From Candidatus Poseidoniales archaeon (GTDB lineage: Archaea > Thermoplasmatota > Poseidoniia > Poseidoniales > Poseidoniaceae), in NCBI GenBank assembly GCA_003602605.1, contig QQRW01000038.1:7924-54061 (forward strand): DNA of 46,138 nucleotides, written 5' to 3'. Below, in pieces: positions 39,345 to 46,138 of the stretch. The notes below the pieces were generated by a model. The model saw only the letters and a list, made by a program, of their open reading frames with translations, did no database searches and was not told where the DNA came from. A program made the translations under genes and the position numbers. How positions within the stretch are numbered: position 1 is the first letter of the stretch; each line of letters starts with the position of its first letter.

Positions 39345-40028
39345 TCACGAACGACGACGACGAAGTTCTGCGAGAACATCAAGTGGTTTGTGAGGAATAC
39401 TTTGGGCTGGCTTGAGTTCTTCCAGTGAAGTTGATGGCAATGTTGATTGAGAAATGTTTGCCTTTATTGCCCGTGCCTCCAAACTGTGGAGAGCGGCCAT
39501 TTCTGAACCTGCAGGTGAACATACCAAGGAAATGAATTCGTTCAACGGCATACCGTCTTCCCAATTAAGATAGACTGAGCCATTGCGATTTGTTGGAAAA
39601 GGGGGAATGGATTTTTCCAAAAGACGCAACCGACCGGTGAGATTACTGGTTTCAACACGGAAAATCCGCCATGAATCTCCACGTACGCCCTTCCGTCTGT
39701 GGGCATACAGTGGCATCAATTTACATCGCTCACCCTCGTCAACCATTGCCGCATACTGATCTTTTGTTCTTCCTGAGAGATACAATTTGTCTGCGCGTGT
39801 TGACTTGACTTCAATTGGAAAGCACATGTCCCCACGCAATGCCAGTAAATCACCGGTGCCTTCCATGCCGGAGCCTGCGGCACGAACGACAAGAAACGGT
39901 CGATAGACCACTTGCCGCATCCTTTCTTTTTCCAATGGGCTGCATGAACGGATAACCGATTCAACGCCCTTTGGAACGCCTGCAAGAACCTGTCTCAGCT
40001 CCCGCTCGTATTGGCTCGACACAGGCAT
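39345..40028 (-). CDS. hjc: Archaeal Holliday junction resolvase (Hjc-like PD-(D/E)xK)
   Basis: YEREL, VVRAAGSG, DLLAL, PIEVKS. Confidence 0.85.
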   Translation of the reverse strand: MPVSSQYERELRQVLAGVPKGVESVIRSCSPLEKERMRQVVYRPFLVVRAAGSGMEGTGDLLALRGDMCFPIEVKSTRADKLYLSGRTKDQYAAMVDEGERCKLMPLYAHRRKGVRGDSWRIFRVETSNLTGRLRLLEKSIPPFPTNRNGSVYLNWEDGMPLNEFISLVCSPAGSEMAALHSLEARAIKANISQSTLPSTSLEELKPAQSIPHKPLDVLAELRRRRS

Positions 40029-40151
40029 CCATCTTTGTCAATCGTTCTTGATGACTTCGGTCATTCGTAGAGATTCGTTCTTGGTTTCGACAAGAGCGGT
40101 AACAACCGCAAAGCCGGAACATTAGTTAATCTCGGAAAACAACAACATATT

Positions 40152-40904
40152 GTGTCTCGTCTTGCTGTTCGCACGATTGACTTCAAGTTGGCATACCGTT
40201 TGATGAATGAACTCAAAAGCAGGAAACTGAGATTTCTTTTGCTTGAACACGATGCGGTTTTACCAGACAGGGACATGATTTGGTTTGGCAGTGAAGTTGA
40301 GACTGCGAGGTTCCGAGATGAAGGTCAAGCAATTGCAGTCTCAATAGAGAACGTCAAAGAAGCGGTCGATAAAGCCGTCCGACTCCTCAAAGGCATCAAT
40401 CAAGTTCACCGCCTCTGTTTTGGCATCGACCCTGGCCCGAGACCCGGCATTGCATGGCTTGCCGATGGAGCTGTTCTTGGCGTGTCTCAACTGGAAAACA
40501 TAGAACATGTCGCAGGGCATATCTCAGCCATTGCTGCTTCGCTTGAATTTAACCAGATGGTCGTGCGAATTGGAGATGGGGCGCCTCTTATTCGTGACCG
40601 AATCATCAACGACTGCCTAACGCATTCAATTGAACTTGAGCAAGTCAACGAATCGAAGACTTCACGTGGGTTATTGCGCCATAACCATGTTGTTTCAGCG
40701 ATTCGAATCGCCCTGCTTTCCGGTCAGCGTGTTCTTGAATTCCGTACAGTACAACCAACAGAAGGAGATTTGAGAGAGATTCAACGCCAAAGTCGAAAAC
40801 ACAGCAACGGTCGAAAGACGATTTCGACTGAAATGGCGTATGATGTAGCGACTGGGAAATGCAGTCTTGAACAAGCGATTAAGGAGGACTATTCTTCCTC
40901 GTGA
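40152..40904 (+). CDS. Conserved archaeal protein with RNase H-like (YqgF/RuvC-like) motifs
   Basis: GIDPGPRPGIA, VRIGDG, VNESKTS, SAIRIAL, EIQRQSR. Confidence 0.7.
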   Translation: MSRLAVRTIDFKLAYRLMNELKSRKLRFLLLEHDAVLPDRDMIWFGSEVETARFRDEGQAIAVSIENVKEAVDKAVRLLKGINQVHRLCFGIDPGPRPGIAWLADGAVLGVSQLENIEHVAGHISAIAASLEFNQMVVRIGDGAPLIRDRIINDCLTHSIELEQVNESKTSRGLLRHNHVVSAIRIALLSGQRVLEFRTVQPTEGDLREIQRQSRKHSNGRKTISTEMAYDVATGKCSLEQAIKEDYSSS

Positions 40905-41917
40905 CCGTATTTTTGCAGTTCATTTTGAGCCAAGCGATACTCTGGAGAACGCTTCATGAGTTTTTTCGAAAGCGGATCAAACACCATTGGAAGAACCAAA
41001 ACTGCTGCAATCAATGAGAACAGCATGAAAAATGAGGAGTTTGGAACATAGGTTGTCCCCGGTGTACCTGCACCGCCAACCATGAGTTTCACGGTGCCAA
41101 GCCAAGGAATCTCTCCACCTCCAACGCCAATTAGCCAAGAGCCACGAATTGGACCGACTGTACCGGTTGCACTGTGTACTCCTGAAGAGCCGTTTACGGC
41201 TTGAGAACCTTGGTCTACGGAACATTTGTTGTTGTCACCGAGCGTCAAAAGGCCTGCATGTCGAGGTTGCCACTCCCATACCACAAGGTGTGATTCAACA
41301 TTGGCGTGTGCAGGTCGCTTACAATCGTAATAGCCAGCTTGAACGCCGTCAAAAGAGACGGAAACGGTTTCACTGTCAATGACGCTCGTACCTGGAACAT
41401 CCCATGTCAGTACACAGACTCCTTTCGTGCCGTTTCCATCCTTCCATTCTGAGTCGTATGTGCCACCGTTTGGACACCGTTCAGCATCGGTAGCGTCATT
41501 GGAAGCGCTTCGATCAGGCGCTGAGATTTGATTCGGAACGACTTCCAAGATTGCCCGGTGAATAATGGGAGTCCCATCTTCACCGTTTTTCTTGTAGATG
41601 ATGACATCGCCTTCAAGGCCATGCTGGGTGTAGCCAAAGTGTGGATTGTTCTCATCTGTTGCCTCTGCGAATGTGACCACAGAATCGTAATGACGGTTGT
41701 GAACCAAGACCAAATCGCCAGCGTCAATGCTTCCTACCTCACCGTTTGAATCGTGAATCATAGAAGATGATTCAACGACAACCAAAGGAGGCATTGAACC
41801 AGTGTGGGCGTACAATCCCAAAATGAGAAGACCAATCATCCCCACTGCCAACAGCAATTCGCGAACCAGCAATTTTAGCGGGTCGCTTTGCCCTTCCTGG
41901 CCTCCCATTGAGTTCAA
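40889..41917 (-). CDS. Signal peptidase I (S26, archaeal Sec11 type)
   Basis: VVESSSMIH (Ser), GDLV, PIIHRA (His), TLGDNN..VD, IPWLG; N- and C-terminal TM helices. Confidence 0.92.
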   Translation of the reverse strand: MNSMGGQEGQSDPLKLLVRELLLAVGMIGLLILGLYAHTGSMPPLVVVESSSMIHDSNGEVGSIDAGDLVLVHNRHYDSVVTFAEATDENNPHFGYTQHGLEGDVIIYKKNGEDGTPIIHRAILEVVPNQISAPDRSASNDATDAERCPNGGTYDSEWKDGNGTKGVCVLTWDVPGTSVIDSETVSVSFDGVQAGYYDCKRPAHANVESHLVVWEWQPRHAGLLTLGDNNKCSVDQGSQAVNGSSGVHSATGTVGPIRGSWLIGVGGGEIPWLGTVKLMVGGAGTPGTTYVPNSSFFMLFSLIAAVLVLPMVFDPLSKKLMKRSPEYRLAQNELQKYGHEEE

Positions 41918-42294
41918 CGACGAAGTCCTTTGCTTTCAAGGAATGCTGTCCATGAGGCTTCATGCCCCGCACCTAGTGCTTCTGCAGCTTCGTTACCGTC
42001 GGCTTTTCGACGTCGTAATTCAGAAGTCGATTCAATGGAGCGTAATTCATCCAAGGTGTTCACATAGCCACGAAGTGTTAGAAATTCTGGCAAGACAACC
42101 AAAAGACCAATCATCGAAAAAACGGCCATTCCGATGGCTTGCCCAGTGTAATCGCCCCAAGTAACGTGATTTTGGAGAAAAAGCAATTGATACACTGCGA
42201 CAAAAAGCAAGATTCCGATCGCTCCAGAGGCTGTTGCGGCAATACCAAGTTGTCGTCCGTGCTGTTTTGCCCACCAGTTCGAAATGATGCCCAT
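41914..42294 (-). CDS. Small two-TM hypothetical membrane protein
   Basis: Two hydrophobic segments; GGGAG SD; stop overlaps the start of the signal peptidase ORF. Confidence 0.75.
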   Translation of the reverse strand: MGIISNWWAKQHGRQLGIAATASGAIGILLFVAVYQLLFLQNHVTWGDYTGQAIGMAVFSMIGLLVVLPEFLTLRGYVNTLDELRSIESTSELRRRKADGNEAAEALGAGHEASWTAFLESKGLRR

Positions 42295-42428
42295 AGTATG
42301 CTCCCCTGTATAACGCAGACACGCCGGCCCTCTTTTCTCTATCGGATGAAAAATGACACGATGGGGCGAAGTTCAAATGCTTTGCCTGCTGTGGGCCAAA
42401 GGCCCATGGTTGGGAAATGGTGATTTTG

Positions 42429-45400
42429 ATGCGCAAGGCTATTTTTTTGACACTTCTGTTCACCGTATCATTATTCACACCTCTAGCCGCTTCTGCGACA
42501 GTGGAAACCCAGTTCAATAACGGTTCGACATCCTACACTCAGACCTTCACGGGAACGGGGAATGGAACCGCAGGCCACCTTACAATCCCGTTTGGTGCAG
42601 AAGTGACGAGTGCGGAGTTTAGACTTCTCGGTGAAGCAAGTTCAACCTCGTACACCAACTTCACCACCAATGCCCACTATGGGGGCTCGGGAGACGGTGC
42701 TTGGTCTGGCTCTCCTCCTTCACCGTTCACCTCCGGACAACGAAACAACGTCGATGTCTCCTCAAGCACCATGGCACTCAAAGGAAATCCTTCCCTGCAA
42801 TCAATTGACTTTTCCCGCACCGCCCAAGTTGCTTCAAAAGTCAACGCTCATCAGAATACAACCGGCCAATTTGCATCCTTCTCAGACCAAGGATACTCTG
42901 GATTGACCAAGAAGTTTACACACACATCAGTGAGCACCAGTGCAGCATGGGGGCACATTGGCATCGTAGTCAAAGTCGGAGATGAATTTCACGTCATGAA
43001 GTACTCCTCATCGAGCCTTTACAACACACCTACCATTTTGCGTATCAACGCAACTACAGGCGCCTACATTGGTGTTGCAACCCTCAATACCAACGGTTGC
43101 AGTACTTCTTCCTACTACAACATGGTTGATGCTACCGTTGATGGAAACACAGTTTACACCGCTCACTACACCAGTTACTTCCTTACCAAGTGGTCTGTTA
43201 TTACATCAGGGAATACCAAATCGTGGAGATGCGACCAGTCATGGAGCTTCAGCAATAACTACGTTACTGGCGTAGATATCGATGACTCGACTGGAAAGTT
43301 GTATGTCATGACCTATTCCTATTCTGCAAACGCACACTACATTAACGAGGTGAGAAAGACCTCTCCGACCAGCATCCTAGGTACATGGACCGTCGCAACA
43401 GGCTCTACTGTATCGAGATACGGTGCAGGAATGATCGTCAACATGCCGACCATCATTTACAATGAATACGACCAAACTTACGTCAGTGGCGTTGGTTACA
43501 ATTACGATTCAACCCATCATTTCTTCACGATGAGAAGCAATTTCGTCGAACACATGGGGGAAGTCCCTGTTCCAGAGGGTGGGCACTATGGCCTGGTTGA
43601 ATCGGGCGAAGGTCAATTCAGTTTCTCATGCCACTACTACAGTACGATCTACTGCAGCACCTCTACTCGGCACAAAATCAATAATTTTGGAGACGGTTCA
43701 CTTTTCGATGAGCGAAGTCACACTGGAACGACAGCGACAATCATGGGGAGCACGATTACCACGTCCAAAGCCATCGACACGCTCTACATCAGCAGCATAC
43801 TCGGATACACGCCGGCCGGCACCAGCATCAGCGTCGACATTTCGAACGATGGTGGCAGTACATGGAGGCAAGTTTCCGTTGGACAAAATATTGTATTCCC
43901 TCAAACTGCAACGCAATTTGTTTGGCGTGCAACACTCAATGGAACTGCAACGAAAGCCCCAATCTTCGATGGAATAGGCATTGAGTACACTGCTTCGTTT
44001 GTCACCTCTTCGTACATGTACACCTACCAATATGTAGGTTCAGGAACGAAGAATGTCGTCGCTGCAACCATTGATTGGGACGAAACTCGACCGAGTGGAA
44101 CTTCCATCCGCGTCAACTTCGGATACACCTCATCCAGCACATGCACAACCGGTAGCACAGGTGTGTCTCAATTCACACAACCGAACCAGACCAAAACCAT
44201 GACTGGAACTGGATATTACATGTGTTTGAGAGTGGAACTCACCGGACCTTCAAGCGGTGCTGTCACACCAACAATCACCAACATATCCATCGCAAAACAC
44301 TCCAATGCTCCGAGTGAACCCGGAATAGAAATCAACGGAAAAACGGTATGGTCCAGACCGGCATCTGCTGGCGCATTACTCGGTGCCTTTACGGTGACAC
44401 AGAGCACGAGTTCAAACACAATCCTGAAGGAATTTAACGATGCCATACCCGATACGGGCTCAGGTTTGAGTAACATTTCAATTGGACTCAGATCAAAATC
44501 TTCAGGGATTTTATCTCTGGTATCGTTCTCAGTCGCTTACACGATGAACACAGTTAATCTTGAAGTGAACATTCCTGAAGGTGAAATACTTCACGAACGT
44601 TTGCAACCTTACGAGGTGGTAACCCGACACATCGTTGGTGAAGATGCAACGACCATGACCGAAGCAAGTTTGACGCTGATGACCAATTCCATTGCAAAGA
44701 ATCCGACAATGTATTGGCAGGATGGAGATATATTCCCAAGCCCAAATGACCCTGAAGACTACATAGAATTGGACGCGAGTTCATGGTCCTCTCAATCCAA
44801 CGGGATACTTGAGGTGCATTGGATATTCCATGTGACATCGGAGTTCCCAGACCAAAGTAATGTTCGATTCAAGACCGGTTGTTTGGACAATTCTGGCTCA
44901 GCGGGATATTCTCCGCTGGACCTCATCAGCTCTACCGGTTTGGAAGTCAACAGATCGTTTGGCCTTGGATGGATGAAGGTTCGAGACAACGACGGCGCAC
45001 TGGTCATGGATGATGTCCCTGACAACTCATGGGTTGCTGCCGGTGAAACACTCCACTTCCAAGGTGCAATGTGGTTCCAAAACACCGAAGATGCCCCGAA
45101 GGACAATGCCTTTGATGTTCGTGTCTCAAGAAACGGATGGGTCGAAAGCACTGCACGTGACACCACCAATAACAACGGTAGTTTCTTCATATCCGTCGAT
45201 CTTCCGGAGATTGACATTGCCGATGGACTCACCTACGAAGTTCAAACCTACAACGAGAAAGAACCAACACATGTCATGCCCACTAGTATGGACTGGAAGC
45301 GAACCTACAAGGTCGACGCAACCCCCCCTCTACGACAAGCATTCTTACCGCTCGATGATGCGTACGAAGCTTCAAGCAATGTACAAGAAGTCAAGATTCT

Positions 45401-46136
45401 GGTGAACGACGAAATCGGTCACCCGATGGCCCTTGAACTCATGTACTGGGTCGAAGCAAACCATGATTTGAACAGAAACGGTGAAGCAGACCCTCAGGAA
45501 TACGTCAGCAAGAATGTTTACAATTCCACGGTCGCCAAGAACAAATGGTTCATCACCACTATCGACCACTCTCGCAACTCGAACATGGGCCGAGTCTCGT
45601 ATTATTGGACTGGTGGAGACCAAGCAGGTAATCCACTTTATTACACTGCAATGAACAGTGACGATGAACTTCTGTCGTTCAGCTCCGGACCGGGTTTCCT
45701 CTATGACGATGCGACTTTCCGAACACGCAAGGACTCGACTGCTATCTTTACCGGCTTGGAATGGGTCGGCCATGTCGATAATGCACCTGTATTCGCTGGA
45801 ATGGATCAAAGAATTGAACTTGGATTCATTGATGCGAACACTGCAATTGACTTTGAGCACATCTCGTTGGTGTTTGACTTTGAGGGACCGAACCCAATGC
45901 GAGATGCTCAACAAATTTCCTATTCTGGAATCAACAACACCTTTTGGTCTGAAAGTAACTTCATCACATTGCTGACAACCAGTAAGATGGTTGAAACAAT
46001 CAACGAATCTGGAGTTCCATGGATTCAACTCACCTTTGATTTCGTTATTGGTTGGGACTGGCCAGATGAAGAGATGGGCGATGTTGTACTTCGATACAAG
46101 GAACGAGGCTCGAGCGAGGATTCGCAAATACTCCTT
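42429..46136 (+). CDS. Giant secreted surface protein (>1236 aa, truncated at window edge), paralog of 8961-14852
   Basis: Not in the ORF track (open to the edge). GGTGA SD at 42419-42423; MRKAIFLTLLFTVSLFTPLAASA signal peptide; IPFGAEVTSA; YWVEANHDLNRNGEADPQEY; GDQAGNPL. Confidence 0.9.
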   Translation, partial: MRKAIFLTLLFTVSLFTPLAASATVETQFNNGSTSYTQTFTGTGNGTAGHLTIPFGAEVTSAEFRLLGEASSTSYTNFTTNAHYGGSGDGAWSGSPPSPFTSGQRNNVDVSSSTMALKGNPSLQSIDFSRTAQVASKVNAHQNTTGQFASFSDQGYSGLTKKFTHTSVSTSAAWGHIGIVVKVGDEFHVMKYSSSSLYNTPTILRINATTGAYIGVATLNTNGCSTSSYYNMVDATVDGNTVYTAHYTSYFLTKWSVITSGNTKSWRCDQSWSFSNNYVTGVDIDDSTGKLYVMTYSYSANAHYINEVRKTSPTSILGTWTVATGSTVSRYGAGMIVNMPTIIYNEYDQTYVSGVGYNYDSTHHFFTMRSNFVEHMGEVPVPEGGHYGLVESGEGQFSFSCHYYSTIYCSTSTRHKINNFGDGSLFDERSHTGTTATIMGSTITTSKAIDTLYISSILGYTPAGTSISVDISNDGGSTWRQVSVGQNIVFPQTATQFVWRATLNGTATKAPIFDGIGIEYTASFVTSSYMYTYQYVGSGTKNVVAATIDWDETRPSGTSIRVNFGYTSSSTCTTGSTGVSQFTQPNQTKTMTGTGYYMCLRVELTGPSSGAVTPTITNISIAKHSNAPSEPGIEINGKTVWSRPASAGALLGAFTVTQSTSSNTILKEFNDAIPDTGSGLSNISIGLRSKSSGILSLVSFSVAYTMNTVNLEVNIPEGEILHERLQPYEVVTRHIVGEDATTMTEASLTLMTNSIAKNPTMYWQDGDIFPSPNDPEDYIELDASSWSSQSNGILEVHWIFHVTSEFPDQSNVRFKTGCLDNSGSAGYSPLDLISSTGLEVNRSFGLGWMKVRDNDGALVMDDVPDNSWVAAGETLHFQGAMWFQNTEDAPKDNAFDVRVSRNGWVESTARDTTNNNGSFFISVDLPEIDIADGLTYEVQTYNEKEPTHVMPTSMDWKRTYKVDATPPLRQAFLPLDDAYEASSNVQEVKILVNDEIGHPMALELMYWVEANHDLNRNGEADPQEYVSKNVYNSTVAKNKWFITTIDHSRNSNMGRVSYYWTGGDQAGNPLYYTAMNSDDELLSFSSGPGFLYDDATFRTRKDSTAIFTGLEWVGHVDNAPVFAGMDQRIELGFIDANTAIDFEHISLVFDFEGPNPMRDAQQISYSGINNTFWSESNFITLLTTSKMVETINESGVPWIQLTFDFVIGWDWPDEEMGDVVLRYKERGSSEDSQILL

Positions 46137-46138
46137 CT

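Noticed and set aside
42610-46127. ORF-track entries such as 45372..46127 - and 43579..43977 +
   Set aside because: Shadows of the long + strand surface-protein frame starting at 42429.
1-46138. tRNA, rRNA, CRISPR arrays, transposases or integrases
   Set aside because: None recognised by eye. Intergenic spaces are short and lack cloverleaf or repeat-spacer patterns; tRNAscan-SE and Infernal would be needed to exclude small RNAs.

Overview
Gene-dense archaeal chromosomal segment. It is most consistent with Marine Group II Euryarchaeota (Poseidoniales); this is an inference from MC1, Hjc, a Sec11-type signal peptidase, DacZ, a SelB-like factor, GGTGA Shine-Dalgarno sites and several giant C-terminally anchored surface proteins. 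The standout feature is at the left edge and is missing from the ORF track because it runs off the window. It is a >1513-aa bacterial-type multidomain PKS/FAS (KS - AT - degenerate ACP-like - second KS - ...) directly downstream of a bacterial-type FabI enoyl reductase, and the fabI leader carries three mutually complementary arms overlapping the SD. Other notable items are a highly divergent TBP-fold paralog coupled to a giant surface-protein gene, an actinobacterial Sdh1-type succinate dehydrogenase operon, a TIGR03790-like protein with nested domain insertions, two collinear giant surface-protein paralogs with different N-terminal modules, a macrodomain-dacZ pair and a THUMP-less ThiI. I recognised no rRNA, tRNA, CRISPR array or mobile element. 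All family calls come from motif recognition by eye, and several start codons were reassigned using SD sites or signal peptides.
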